Both the position numbers and the translations under genes were made by a program. DNA of 64,000 bases from a bacterium. GTDB taxonomy: Bacteria > Bdellovibrionota > UBA1018. Position 1 is the first letter of the stretch; each line of letters opens with the position of its first letter. The stretch is taken from the NCBI GenBank assembly GCA_019751945.1, contig JAIEMT010000001.1, positions 6,635 to 70,634 of the forward strand. Direction: 5' to 3'. This document shows, in pieces, positions 1-9,792 of this stretch. The notes under the pieces are model-generated. The model was given only the letters and a program-made list of their open reading frames with translations. It had not been told where the DNA came from and made no database searches.

Positions 1-78
1 CCCAAGGCATGACACAGATTTTCACCGATCAAAGAAATTCGCTGACGAACGACCTCGCCGGTCGACTCTAAGCGAGAA

Positions 79-807
79 TTAACCGCCGCGCTGCTTGCGT
101 TTCCAGATAATGAAGGCGAGCACGCCGACCACGATCAAGATCAGCATCATTGAGTTGTCGCCTGCAGCCTTTTGAACCTTCGGCGCTTCGGTGCTTCCAC
201 CTTGCGGGTTCACGGTCGGGAAGACCGTTCCTTGCGTCACCGCCTGAGGAATTTCAAACAGGTTCGCTTTCTGAGGAGCCACGTTCAGGCCGCCTTCTTT
301 GCGGTAAACCCGAAGCGTTCTCACCATATTGTCGAAATCTTTTAGGTACTGAGCGTACTTGTCTTTGTTCACGGAGTAGGTGACCAACACGCCGATGTCT
401 TGCTTCACCGTTGCCAAGTAGCGCGTGTAAAAGCCCGGAATTTCCGATTCTAAGTGAAGCGAGTCCACCCAAACCTGGTTGTTGAGGTTCTTCGACTCCG
501 CCGTTTTCACCTGAGACTTCACCGGTTTGCCTTGAATGCTAGTGTAGGTCTTCGCCGCTTTCAAATAAGAGAGGTATTGATCGATGCTGTCTTGGTCGCC
601 CTTGAGTTTCGCAGCTAGTACAATGATGGCGTCGCGTTTCTTGGCTTCAGCCGTACCTTGGCAAACCCATTCTGCACCTTCGAGGCTACAAGTCCACTGC
701 GGAGGAAGTTCGAATTCCACAAACTGGTTGGCAAACTTTTCGGCTCGAGCGGGAAGAGCCAGAAAAAGGGTTGCAGTGGCGAAGGCCAATAGTTGCTTGT
801 TCATCAT
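79..807 (-). CDS. Exported, C-terminally anchored hypothetical protein (possible PsbP/DcrB-like fold)
   Basis: Start moved to ATG 807 after a GAGGAAGAG RBS. Signal peptide (..LPARA), C-terminal TM helix and basic tail WKRKQR. Fold is inference. Confidence 0.7.
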   Translation of the reverse strand: MMNKQLLAFATATLFLALPARAEKFANQFVEFELPPQWTCSLEGAEWVCQGTAEAKKRDAIIVLAAKLKGDQDSIDQYLSYLKAAKTYTSIQGKPVKSQVKTAESKNLNNQVWVDSLHLESEIPGFYTRYLATVKQDIGVLVTYSVNKDKYAQYLKDFDNMVRTLRVYRKEGGLNVAPQKANLFEIPQAVTQGTVFPTVNPQGGSTEAPKVQKAAGDNSMMLILIVVGVLAFIIWKRKQRGG

Positions 808-823
808 GATTCTCTTCCTCTCT

Positions 824-2086
824 CTACTGAACCGGACGGCGTGCGATGAAGCCGTTCTCAATCCAGATCTCCTTAAAGTACTGCACAATGGTAATGGCCG
901 ATTCATTGGTTCTGACGTCAGTCACTTTTCCGCGAGCCACGATCTCATTCGGCTGACCATTGGGACCTACAGTAAAGATATCAAAAACTTGTCCAGGGTC
1001 TATTCCATCATCGCTTCCCTTGTCGATCTTGACAAGGTTCAGTCGATCATTTGTCCGAATGATGTGGGCGTCCCCATTTTTAAGGGTCGCATACGCCGTA
1101 AATCCGCTGCCCCGAGTGGGGGTGTGCCCTGCCGCTGAAGAGGTGAGGTGCCCGCGCTCGGCCCCGAACTCCCATTTGAGGCCCGCTATAATGTTAAACA
1201 CGGCGGGGGAATTGCTTCCAAAGAAGGCACGCTCAGCCCCGGCCCAAAAACTCAGGGTGTCGGTACTCTGATAACCCACTCGAGCAAATCCTCGCATCAG
1301 GGAGGGATTCACCGCATTGACCATGTAACTTCCCGATGCGCCGGTTCCCGGAAAAGTCGTCACGGAGTTTCCAGCGCGGCTATCATTCCCCGTGCTCTGA
1401 TACCCGGCCAATCCGGCTAAGACCGTAAAGCCTGTGGCTCGCGGTTTCATTTCCACCGCGATACTCCACGGAATGGCGTAGGAAAACTGCGCAGTTCGAT
1501 AGGTGAAGGCGACGCCCGCGCTGAGCTTCCAAATATACTTGGAGCCGCGCGAATGTTTGATGAAAGGAAGGGTGAGGAATCCTCCGCCTGTCATGTCGAT
1601 GGTTCCGTCACCGAAATAAGCGACGCCGATTTGGTTCGTGCCATTGGTGTAAGCGGGAAAGTCGACCTGACCCTGCAGGTCAATGGTTGCCCCATCCATG
1701 AAACTGGCCGAGTTGATTTCCAATAGCCGATAGGTCACGCCCACCGTTTGATCGCCCAAGCCCGTAGCCTTGTTCGTACCGCTGGGAGCGACTGAAATGT
1801 TGACGTTCGCAAAGCTCGCGCGGGCAAAAATGCTAGTTCGAGAAAACAATCCATAAGCGGCGAGCACGTCGACTTGAAGACGATCGTACTCCCGTAATGT
1901 GGCAACGTTTTGAGTCGCCCCACTGGCGCTGTAGTTGGCGGTAGTCATCAAGTAGTGCAATTGCGGGGCGATGCGAAGGGCGTCGCTCGTGAGGTACTCA
2001 TTCGTCCAAGCATGGGTGTAAAAGTCGGCCCGAGCGGGGGTCGAGAGGACTGCCAAGCCAAGCATGACCAGGCGCAGTGGAGTCAT
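824..2086 (-). CDS. Outer-membrane beta-barrel protein with C-terminal FlgT_C-like domain
   Basis: Signal peptide; alternating beta-strand pattern ending FNIIAGLKWEF; then VKIDKGSDDGIDPGQVFDIF..ARGKVTDV, resembling FlgT C-terminal domains. Confidence 0.6.
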   Translation of the reverse strand: MTPLRLVMLGLAVLSTPARADFYTHAWTNEYLTSDALRIAPQLHYLMTTANYSASGATQNVATLREYDRLQVDVLAAYGLFSRTSIFARASFANVNISVAPSGTNKATGLGDQTVGVTYRLLEINSASFMDGATIDLQGQVDFPAYTNGTNQIGVAYFGDGTIDMTGGGFLTLPFIKHSRGSKYIWKLSAGVAFTYRTAQFSYAIPWSIAVEMKPRATGFTVLAGLAGYQSTGNDSRAGNSVTTFPGTGASGSYMVNAVNPSLMRGFARVGYQSTDTLSFWAGAERAFFGSNSPAVFNIIAGLKWEFGAERGHLTSSAAGHTPTRGSGFTAYATLKNGDAHIIRTNDRLNLVKIDKGSDDGIDPGQVFDIFTVGPNGQPNEIVARGKVTDVRTNESAITIVQYFKEIWIENGFIARRPVQ

Positions 2087-2184
2087 GGATTAAACTATAC
2101 TGCCCTTCTCAGGATCTCACACCTTTTTTTAGTTTCATTCGATCGTCGGGGCGGGTAATTTCAGACCTTCTATAAAGGAGCACT

Positions 2185-4503
2185 ATGTCACTCTACGATG
2201 ATTCTCTCGAGTACCATGCCCGGGGCCGCAAGGGAAAGATCGAGGTCATTCCCTCGAAGCCCGTCGCCACTCAACAGGATCTTTCGTTAGCTTATTCTCC
2301 CGGTGTTGCGGAACCCTGCCGAATGATCGCCGAAAAAGAAGATCTCGTTTACGAATATACGGCGAAAGGAAATCTGGTTGCCGTCGTTTCGAACGGAACG
2401 GCTGTTCTGGGTTTGGGGGATATCGGAGCTGCTGCTTCCAAACCGGTGATGGAAGGAAAAGGCATTCTCTTTAAGAAATTTGCCGACATCGATGTTTTCG
2501 ACATCGAGTTGAACGCGAAGAATCCGGACGACGTGATTCGCGCGTGTGAAATGCTCGAGCCCACTTTTGGTGGCATCAATCTCGAGGACATTAAAGCTCC
2601 CGAATGTTTTTACATTGAAGAAGAATTGAAGAAGCGTCTGAAAATTCCTGTCTTCCACGACGACCAACACGGCACGGCTGTGATCAGCGGCGCTGCGTTT
2701 TTGAACGCGTGCGAACTGACTAAAAAAGACGTGAAGAAAATGAAGGTCGTGTTCTGCGGCGGCGGCGCTGCGGCCATTGCTTGCGCGAACCTGTACCTGC
2801 ATTTGGGCGTGAAGCGCGAAAACATTCTGATGTGCGACTCGAAGGGCGTGATTTACAAGGGCCGCAAAGAAGGAATGAATCCTTATAAAGAGCGCTACGC
2901 CGTGGATACTCCGAAGCGTACGATCGCTGAAGCTCTCGATGGTGCAGACGCGTTTATCGGTGTTTCTGTAAAAGACGGCATCACCGTCGACATGGTGAAG
3001 AAGATGGCCAAGGATCCGCTGGTTTTCGCGATGGCGAATCCGGATCCGGAAGTGTTGCCCGAAGAAGTGATCAAAGCTCGTCCGGACGCTATCATTGCGA
3101 CGGGGCGTTCCGACTACCCCAACCAGGTGAATAACGTTTTAGGATTCCCGTTCATTTTCCGCGGCGCTCTCGATACCCGTTCCACTGCTATCAACGAAGA
3201 GATGAAGATGGCAGCAGTGATGGCGTTGGCGTCATTGGCAAAAGAAGATGTGCCGGAAAGTGTGTCGCGCGCCTATGGCGGTCAGTCGTTCAAATACGGG
3301 AAAGATTATTTGATTCCGAAGCCCTTCGATCATCGCGCCCTCTTGTGGGTTGCAACCGCAGTAGCGGAAGCTGCCATGAAAACGGGCGTGGCTCGACAGA
3401 AGCTAGATCTCGCTCAGTATCGCGATCATTTAGAAACTCTGCTGGGTGCCAGCTACACCGTCATGCGCGGAATTAAGAAGCGCGTGCAATCGGGCGGTAC
3501 CAATATCGGGAAGGCCACGATTGTTTTCCCCGAAGGCGAACATCCGAAAATTCTTCGGGCCGCTCAGATTATTCGCGAAGAGGGAATCGCTGATCCGATT
3601 CTTCTCGGAAACGAAACCAATATTAATCGCGTGATCAAAGAGTTGGGCCTTCAAGATTCGTTGAAGGGCATCAAGACCATTCGTCCGTCGACGAGTGACA
3701 GCCTCGAAGCCTACGCGAAAGTTTTTGCTGAACGTCGTTCCCGCAAGGGCGTGACGTTGCCGATGGCTCGCACGTTGATGAAGCAATCCAACTTCTACGG
3801 CGCGATGATGGTGGAGCTCGGCCATGCCGATGGACTTTTGAACGGGATATCTCAAAGCTATCCGGAAACTCTTCGTCCGGCGATTCAAGTCATCGGTGCT
3901 CGCCCGGGCTCTCGTCTGGCCGGTATTTACATGATGATTTTCAAGAAGCGCGTGCTCTTGTTTGCCGATACTACGGTGAATATTGAGCCGACCGCGGAAG
4001 AGTTGGCTGATATCGCGATTCAAACGGCGAATTTAGCGCAGCTCTATTTGGGTACGGAGCCTCGTGTAGCGATGCTTTCGTTCTCGAACTTCGGTTCCAG
4101 TACTCATCCCTATTCGGTGAAGGTGCGACGTGCGACGGAGATCATCAAATCGCGCGCGCCCGCACTGGTTTGTGACGGAGAAATGCAGGCCGACACTGCG
4201 GTTGTTCCGGAGCTTTCGAAGGAAAGCTTCTTGTTCAACAAGGTGCCGGGTAATGCCAACATCTTGATTTTCCCAGATCTGCAATCGGGCAATATTGCGT
4301 ACAAACTCATGTCCCGAATGGCTCAAGCGGAAGCGCTCGGCCCGATCTTGGTGGGGATGAATAAACCCGTCTTCGTTCTGCAACAAAACTCGGACGTCAA
4401 TGACGTCGTCAACATGGCTGCCATCACCGCGATGGAAATTCACCTGCGCAAAAAGAAAGATGGCGGCACTGGCAAGAAAGGCGAACTCCATGCAAATGCA
4501 TAA
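2185..4503 (+). CDS. maeB: NADP-dependent malic enzyme fused to phosphotransacetylase-like domain
   Basis: [43 protein letters not shown]; C-terminal PTA domain (VFPEGE, DGEMQAD, GNIAYK). Confidence 0.96.
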   Translation: MSLYDDSLEYHARGRKGKIEVIPSKPVATQQDLSLAYSPGVAEPCRMIAEKEDLVYEYTAKGNLVAVVSNGTAVLGLGDIGAAASKPVMEGKGILFKKFADIDVFDIELNAKNPDDVIRACEMLEPTFGGINLEDIKAPECFYIEEELKKRLKIPVFHDDQHGTAVISGAAFLNACELTKKDVKKMKVVFCGGGAAAIACANLYLHLGVKRENILMCDSKGVIYKGRKEGMNPYKERYAVDTPKRTIAEALDGADAFIGVSVKDGITVDMVKKMAKDPLVFAMANPDPEVLPEEVIKARPDAIIATGRSDYPNQVNNVLGFPFIFRGALDTRSTAINEEMKMAAVMALASLAKEDVPESVSRAYGGQSFKYGKDYLIPKPFDHRALLWVATAVAEAAMKTGVARQKLDLAQYRDHLETLLGASYTVMRGIKKRVQSGGTNIGKATIVFPEGEHPKILRAAQIIREEGIADPILLGNETNINRVIKELGLQDSLKGIKTIRPSTSDSLEAYAKVFAERRSRKGVTLPMARTLMKQSNFYGAMMVELGHADGLLNGISQSYPETLRPAIQVIGARPGSRLAGIYMMIFKKRVLLFADTTVNIEPTAEELADIAIQTANLAQLYLGTEPRVAMLSFSNFGSSTHPYSVKVRRATEIIKSRAPALVCDGEMQADTAVVPELSKESFLFNKVPGNANILIFPDLQSGNIAYKLMSRMAQAEALGPILVGMNKPVFVLQQNSDVNDVVNMAAITAMEIHLRKKKDGGTGKKGELHANA

Positions 4504-4885
4504 AGAAGCAATCCTCACTCCAAATGCTCCGCAGCCGATCGGTCCTTACAGCCAAGCGATTCAAGCGGGTCCGTGGTTGTTTTGCTCGGGACAGATTGCG
4601 CTCGATCCCAAGTCGGGACAGGTCGTCGCTCCTACAGATGTGGAGGGTCAAACCAAGCAAGTGATGTTGAATATCAAAGGCGTGCTGGACCAGGCCGGTG
4701 TGGGCTTTGATAATGTCGTGAAAACTACGATTTTTCTGAAGTCGATGGGCGATTTTCCGAAGGTGAATGAAGTCTACGGCGGTTATTTCAAAAAGACGCC
4801 GCCCGCTCGTTCGACCGTGGAGGTTTCTCGCTTACCAAAAGACGTATTGGTCGAAGTGGAAGTCATCGCCCTAAAAAACTCATGA
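4490..4885 (+). CDS. ridA: RidA/YjgF family enamine/imine deaminase
   Basis: APQPIGPYSQA, SGQI, PARSTVEVSRLPKDVLVEVE; ATG 4490 overlaps the maeB end. Confidence 0.92.
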   Translation: MQMHKEAILTPNAPQPIGPYSQAIQAGPWLFCSGQIALDPKSGQVVAPTDVEGQTKQVMLNIKGVLDQAGVGFDNVVKTTIFLKSMGDFPKVNEVYGGYFKKTPPARSTVEVSRLPKDVLVEVEVIALKNS

Positions 4886-4890
4886 AGGCT

Positions 4891-6039
4891 TCAGATGATT
4901 TCTCCGTTCCAAAGCTTTTCAAGAAAACTGCGATAGCTTAGGATCTGAATTTTATCTTCCAGCGACGACCTTATATCGCGCGAAACCAGAAAAGCATTTT
5001 TTAATTTATACTCTTCGCGAAGAGCTTTAAGCCCTCGAAGATCGGATGCATTTACTTTTTGTGTGGCTTTGAATTCAATCGCGGTATCTTCTGCCACGAT
5101 CAGATCGACTTCAAACTCTCCTCGCTGCGTTCGCCAATACCTCAACGAATCGTCATCCAGTTTTCGACTGTAGCTCAAGTAAGCTTTGACTTCGTTCACT
5201 AAAAACTGCTCAAAAAGGTCGCCGTAAACCTTGTCATCCAATTCTTGAATTCCCAGCAAAGTGGAGGCAACTCCACAGTCGAAGAAATAAAACTTAGGTT
5301 TTGTCGTAGTTTTTCGTCCGTTCTTTATACGGATCGGATGCAAAAGATGTCCTACCAGAGTGTCTTGCAACAGGTCAAAGTATTCTCGAACAGTTCGGCC
5401 TGGAACCTGGCTGTCGTTACCCGTGGATTCATAATTCACTTGCCGAGCATTGCTGGCGGCAGCCACTTTCAAAAATCGAGAGAAACTCTCGATATTTCGC
5501 GCCAAGGCTTCGGCGGCGATTTCCTCTTTCAAGTACGTTCCGACATAATCACGAAGATCTCCGCTTGGGTCTTTAGACAAATAGATCGAAGGAAGAGTTC
5601 CAAAAAGTAAAAGACGATTTAAATCGAAATTCGGAATTTCATTTGAAACCAAGGGAAATAGATTGCGGACTCTGAGTCGACCACCCATCAAAGAGGTGTA
5701 GGCTCGACGTAATTTTCTGGCACTGCTGCCGGTCAATGCAAAACGAATTTTTTTTTCTTCAATCATCGAGTGAATTTCATCCATCAAAGAAGGAAGTTTT
5801 TGGATTTCATCGACGAAAATTAGTTTGTCATCGGCCCCCAATGATTTGCGCAAAGAAGAAGGATCATGCGCTAGCTGAGCGTAGACATCTGCGTGCAATA
5901 AATTGAAGCTTCGATCAAAATGAATTTGCGACTGCAGTAAGGTGGTTTTTCCAGTCTGCCGAGGTCCCAGCAACAGGATACTCTTGGATTTTAAATCACC
6001 CTCCACCGATATGGATCTTTTAATTTCTTGCATATTCAA
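4891..6039 (-). CDS. AAA_14 ATPase with C-terminal DUF4143 (PD-(D/E)xK-like) domain
   Basis: Walker A GPRQTGKT, Walker B FVDEIQK, LTGSSARKL, PKFYFFDCG, FEVDLI..IEFK. Confidence 0.9.
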   Translation of the reverse strand: MNMQEIKRSISVEGDLKSKSILLLGPRQTGKTTLLQSQIHFDRSFNLLHADVYAQLAHDPSSLRKSLGADDKLIFVDEIQKLPSLMDEIHSMIEEKKIRFALTGSSARKLRRAYTSLMGGRLRVRNLFPLVSNEIPNFDLNRLLLFGTLPSIYLSKDPSGDLRDYVGTYLKEEIAAEALARNIESFSRFLKVAAASNARQVNYESTGNDSQVPGRTVREYFDLLQDTLVGHLLHPIRIKNGRKTTTKPKFYFFDCGVASTLLGIQELDDKVYGDLFEQFLVNEVKAYLSYSRKLDDDSLRYWRTQRGEFEVDLIVAEDTAIEFKATQKVNASDLRGLKALREEYKLKNAFLVSRDIRSSLEDKIQILSYRSFLEKLWNGEII

Positions 6040-6056
6040 TAGGTTACGTTCCTTTT

Positions 6057-6087
6057 ACATATTTCGCAACACTAATGCGAAATATGT
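6057..6087. promoter_or_regulatory. Perfect 12-bp inverted repeat, candidate operator upstream of the AAA_14/DUF4143 gene
   Basis: ACATATTTCGCA-N7-TGCGAAATATGT read directly. Confidence 0.6.
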
Positions 6088-6171
6088 CACATAAATCGTG
6101 GTAGTACTGCGATTTTTGTGGAATAAGGGGGAGCTCCTTACGGAGCAGTGGGCTACCCCTTTGAACTGTTC

Positions 6172-6708
6172 TTAATTTTTTCCGTAGGCGCGATCGACGA
6201 TCGAGTCGACTGCGAGTGCTTGGTACGGCTCGCTCTTGGGGTCCATCTTTTTAAGCCGATCGAGTCCTTCCCAAGTAATGCCCACGCAACCGCTTGTCGG
6301 CTTCGTTAAATGTTCTCGGAGATAAAAATTACCGCCGTAAGCGCAGACTTGGCGAGCGTCTTCAGGGTCATAGGTCGAGTAGACCGACTCGATTTTAGCA
6401 TCGGGTCTGTAATACACGATGGTTTGAACGGCCTTGATTCGATCCACCGCTTCTTGAGCGATGGTTTGAAAGGCGAGAGAATCTTCGGGCAGACTTTGCA
6501 AGTCGCGAAGATCTCCGGTCAGAATTTTGTAACACAGGCCCTTCTCTTCGGGCTTGGGTAGATAGTAAAAGTACCCACCCGCGTGAGTCGTTCGAACGGT
6601 TTTCGTTTCTAAATTTTCTCGTCGAATGCAAACCAGGTTTTCGTTTGCCCAAACTAAAGTCGGGCAGGAAACTAGCGCTGCGAGAAAGAGAATCGAGTTC
6701 TTAAACAA
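6172..6708 (-). CDS. Secreted protein, paralog family member with two copies of the two-Cys domain
   Basis: Signal peptide; LVC..GGYFY..C..DL..L..AFQ..A..VDR occurs twice. Confidence 0.7.
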   Translation of the reverse strand: MFKNSILFLAALVSCPTLVWANENLVCIRRENLETKTVRTTHAGGYFYYLPKPEEKGLCYKILTGDLRDLQSLPEDSLAFQTIAQEAVDRIKAVQTIVYYRPDAKIESVYSTYDPEDARQVCAYGGNFYLREHLTKPTSGCVGITWEGLDRLKKMDPKSEPYQALAVDSIVDRAYGKN

Positions 6709-6711
6709 TCC

Positions 6712-7167
6712 TTACTCCTTAGTTTGAGGACCATTTTCTTCTAGGTAACCTCGGATTCGTTGTGCTTGGTCTTCGTCGAAGAGGTCGACGCTCTTTTGCG
6801 CCTCAATTTGAAAAGCGGCAGCTTCCTCGAGTGTACGAGTGGGGAGCATGTTGAGTAAACGATTCTTGTCTGAGCTCCGAACTATCGCGCAGTAGGCGTA
6901 GGGAGGGTTGGCGCCGCCGGGTTCCTCTTTACCAAGCATAGTACCAAGCATAGTAAGCGCTTCTCTGTCGAACATTGCAGCGATGTTCGGGATTTCGTAA
7001 ACCGGTTTTCCATTTACTATGTGAGCACAGAGCATTCCTGGTGATGGACTCTCATCGATTGCCCAAAGAATATCGAGTTTCGGCGGACTCTCTTGGGACA
7101 GAGCAGGTGAAGAGATCAAGAAGGCAAACAAAACAAGCTTTTCTAGTTTCATGAGTTTCTCCAGCAT
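6712..7167 (-). CDS. Secreted protein, paralog of 7455..7955
   Basis: Signal peptide; PKLDILWAID; LCAHIVNGKPVY..YAYC..AAFQIEAQKS. Confidence 0.75.
   Translation of the reverse strand: MLEKLMKLEKLVLFAFLISSPALSQESPPKLDILWAIDESPSPGMLCAHIVNGKPVYEIPNIAAMFDREALTMLGTMLGKEEPGGANPPYAYCAIVRSSDKNRLLNMLPTRTLEEAAAFQIEAQKSVDLFDEDQAQRIRGYLEENGPQTKE
6931..6954. repeat. 12-bp in-frame tandem duplication (TMLG-TMLG)
   Basis: ACCAAGCATAGT x2. Confidence 0.85.
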
Positions 7168-7170
7168 GGT

Positions 7171-7458
7171 TTAGGGTTTTCCTAAGCACTTCCCGTTGAC
7201 CAAGAGGACAAAACGGCCAGTACGACGATCAAAGCAATAGTAGGGTTCTGAGTCGATGGTTCCTTCAGCGATAATAGAAAGAGCGGAGTCTGGATTTCTC
7301 AGCAGAGGCTCAATGGCGTCGTTTATTTCTTGAGCGGCTTTTATGTACAAAGCATACTTCGCGGTCGTCATAGGGGCGGAGTTTTCACTCGGGGACGTCA
7401 CGGCGAGGGCCGATGAAGAGGTGAATAAGACAAATAGAGCTAGTTTTTGGATAGTCAT
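7171..7458 (-). CDS. Small secreted protein
   Basis: Signal peptide similar to that of 6712..7167; two C-terminal Cys; ATGA overlap with the upstream gene. Confidence 0.7.
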   Translation of the reverse strand: MTIQKLALFVLFTSSSALAVTSPSENSAPMTTAKYALYIKAAQEINDAIEPLLRNPDSALSIIAEGTIDSEPYYCFDRRTGRFVLLVNGKCLGKP

Positions 7459-7955
7459 GGGTTCTTCCCTTTCAATTTTTCAGCAGCTTCAAGCTGCAAT
7501 CGATATCGTTCACTAAATTGTTCATAGGCTTTAATATCTATGGGCACTTCGCGTACAAGAGGCTCGCCTGGTTTTGTAAGATCTACTTGAGAAGCATGGT
7601 AGCGTTCAAGTTGGGCAGCGTACTCATCACCGTAACGTTCAATGCTAGCCTTCGCTTCTTTCTGAAAGGCCGCTTGGTCTTCCGGAGTTTTTGCATTCGA
7701 ATACATTTTGCTTAAACGCGAGAAGTCAGCGGGGGTCACCCGGTTACAATATTCGTAGCTGCCGCCGTCGCGATCGAGTTCCGGCATGGCGTAAATCGGC
7801 TTGCCTTGAGAAAGCCGGGCGCAGACGAGTTGATCTGTGCTTCGTCGCGCACCGTCATCAATGACAAAGAGAATGTCTAGTTTCGGATTGTCTTGAGCCA
7901 ACACCGAAAGCGACGACAACACAGCAGCCGATAAAACAAAGTAACGAATCTTCAT
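7455..7955 (-). CDS. Secreted protein, first gene of the four-gene paralog operon
   Basis: ATG 7955 (MKIRYFVLS..); PKLDILFVIDD; LVCARLSQGKPIY..YEYC..AAFQKEAKAS. Confidence 0.75.
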   Translation of the reverse strand: MKIRYFVLSAAVLSSLSVLAQDNPKLDILFVIDDGARRSTDQLVCARLSQGKPIYAMPELDRDGGSYEYCNRVTPADFSRLSKMYSNAKTPEDQAAFQKEAKASIERYGDEYAAQLERYHASQVDLTKPGEPLVREVPIDIKAYEQFSERYRLQLEAAEKLKGKNP

Positions 7956-7962
7956 GCGGCGC

Positions 7963-7991
7963 AATATAGAATTACTGACTAATTAAGTCAA
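7963..7991 (-). promoter_or_regulatory. Sigma70-type promoter, probably leaderless, with overlapping palindrome
   Basis: TTGACT-N17-TATATT, 7 nt before ATG 7955; TGACT-AATTA-AGTCA dyad at 7976-7990. Confidence 0.65.
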
Positions 7992-8033
7992 TAAATAGGT
8001 TAAAGCTGAGAATTAACGTGTAATTTCAATCAA

Positions 8034-8261
8034 TTAAGCGGTTTGTTCAGCGCCTGGTTTCCAGGTGCGCTTCACGGGACGGGTGATTTTGCCGGTGCGG
8101 ATACAGCGGGTGCAAACTCGAACGGTTTGAGTTGCGCCGTTCAAAACGGCTTTCATCTTTTTAAGGTTTGGCAACCAGCGGGTACGCGTCTTAATATTAG
8201 AGTGTGACGACAAGTTACCGTAATTCGGGCCTTTTTCACAGAAATCACATTTGCGTGCCAT
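8034..8261 (-). CDS. rpmB: 50S ribosomal protein L28 (Zn-ribbon type)
   Basis: MARKCDFCEKGP..GN..SHSNIKTRTRWLPNL..VCTRC. Confidence 0.95.
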   Translation of the reverse strand: MARKCDFCEKGPNYGNLSSHSNIKTRTRWLPNLKKMKAVLNGATQTVRVCTRCIRTGKITRPVKRTWKPGAEQTA

Positions 8262-8286
8262 GGTACATAAACCTCTTTAAGAACCG

Positions 8287-8994
8287 ATGAACCTAGTGAA
8301 TTTCATGGCCTTTTGCAAGATAGAAAAGCACCGAATCCACCGAATCCGGAGATATTTTAAGGTTGGAGCGCAAGCTCTCGCCTGGGTCGCGGGCGCGATC
8401 ACCCTTTTCTGCACCATCTGGGCTTTCATCTGGGCTGGCGACATCTATGAGTACCAAGACTCAGTCGATGGAGTGCATTTACCTCAAGTCGATGTGATTG
8501 TCTGCCTCGCCGGTGGCCGGGGTCGCATCTCGGCGGCAGGGGACCTTTGGTACCGGTACTACGAAGCCTTTCAGAATCCCCCCGTTTTTTACGTCTCGGG
8601 GATGGGTGGGAAGTCGAATTGGAACGTCTTAGCCAAGCAGGTTCGCCCCGGGGTTTTAAGTGCGCTGAAACCGAAGAACGTCATTCTTGAAAATCAGAGT
8701 TCCAACACCGATGGCAATGCGCAGTTTCTCACTCGGGCGGCGAAGGAACACGGGTGGACTCGAATTCTCATCGTGACTTCGCGCTACCACATGCGACGCG
8801 CGCGCTATATTTTCGAAGAAACGCTCACCACGTTAGGACATCCCGTCCAAATTGAAACGCTGTCTGTGTATCAAGAGCCGTTTGAGCCGAACGAGTGGCG
8901 CGATGATTTACAGGGCATTCGCGTGACGATGATTGAGTACGTGAAGTGGCTCTACTACACGCTGAACTGGACGCCGGGGCGCGCGCTCGATTGA
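8287..8994 (+). CDS. YdcF/ElyC family (DUF218) protein
   Basis: N-terminal TM; VIVCLAGG..RI, ENQSSNTDGNA, IVTSRYHMRRA, EYVK. Confidence 0.88.
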   Translation: MNLVNFMAFCKIEKHRIHRIRRYFKVGAQALAWVAGAITLFCTIWAFIWAGDIYEYQDSVDGVHLPQVDVIVCLAGGRGRISAAGDLWYRYYEAFQNPPVFYVSGMGGKSNWNVLAKQVRPGVLSALKPKNVILENQSSNTDGNAQFLTRAAKEHGWTRILIVTSRYHMRRARYIFEETLTTLGHPVQIETLSVYQEPFEPNEWRDDLQGIRVTMIEYVKWLYYTLNWTPGRALD

Positions 8995-9023
8995 CGCAAA
9001 GAGATACTTTTATTGCTGGCGAT

Positions 9024-9042
9024 GTACGCAGCTGCGTACGCA
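9024..9042. promoter_or_regulatory. Perfect 16-bp palindrome with overlapping 10-bp palindrome, candidate operator
   Basis: GTACGCAGCTGCGTAC (9024-9039); TGCGTACGCA (9033-9042). Confidence 0.5.
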
Positions 9043-9142
9043 AAAAGTCGCGCGCTCTTGTCTCTGAATCCTTTTGGGTCTAACAAGGATTTAGGGATTT
9101 GCTTTTGGGATCCGTTCATTTCTAAACAGAAAAGGGAGATTT

Positions 9143-9445
9143 ATGAAATCTTTTAAAGTCGCATTGGTGTCTTTTATTTCTTTAATGAGTGTATCGAGCT
9201 TTGCTGCTGAAGCGATGATGCCTTACATCATTATCGTCAAGAACGAATTTGATTTTGCTGAGTGTGCTGATGACATCGAGATGATTAAGGGCGTAACGGT
9301 TACTGAACGGATTGATATTATCTCAACGGTTGCTGCAGAGATGAGCGATCGTGCGTTGAGCAAAGTGCAGAAGATGGATTGTGTCGGTAGCGTGGAAGAA
9401 GATCAACAGGCGTATCCGTTGCCAGCTATTGGCGGCAGTAAGTAA
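9143..9445 (+). CDS. Secreted stand-alone peptidase inhibitor I9 (subtilisin propeptide)-like protein
   Basis: Signal peptide; YIIIVK..VAAEMS..ALSKV..VGSVEEDQ pattern typical of I9 propeptides; no protease domain. Confidence 0.65.
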   Translation: MKSFKVALVSFISLMSVSSFAAEAMMPYIIIVKNEFDFAECADDIEMIKGVTVTERIDIISTVAAEMSDRALSKVQKMDCVGSVEEDQQAYPLPAIGGSK

Positions 9446-9477
9446 ATGGGTGAGTCGTTTATAGAAATGGGAGATTT

Positions 9478-9792
9478 ATGAAATCCTTAAAAGTTGCTTT
9501 GGTACTACTTGTCTCTTTCATGAGTATGTCGAGTTTTGCTGCCGAGTGCGGTTGGCAGCAGCCTTATATCGTTCTGGTTCGGGCTGGATATGATTCTGAA
9601 GCCTGCGCCGATGCAATTGATTTGATCAAAGGTGCTGAGGTTCGGGAGGTCATGCATACCTTTCAGCAGATGACCGCGGATCTTTCTCCCAGGGCCTTGT
9701 TGAAGGTAGGGAAACTCGGCTGCGTAGAAAATGTGCAGCCGGATCGGACGATGTACCCTCAGCCGGCTATCGGGGGCAGTAAAGAAAGATGA
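9478..9792 (+). CDS. Second I9-like secreted protein (tandem paralog)
   Basis: Same RBS/start context GGGAGATTTATGAAATC, same Cys pair, same PAIGGSK end. Confidence 0.65.
   Translation: MKSLKVALVLLVSFMSMSSFAAECGWQQPYIVLVRAGYDSEACADAIDLIKGAEVREVMHTFQQMTADLSPRALLKVGKLGCVENVQPDRTMYPQPAIGGSKER

Noticed and set aside
6125-6161. Nested hairpin AAGGGGGAGC..GCTACCCCTT
   Set aside because: Most simply a terminator-like structure after the four-gene operon; single copy in the window
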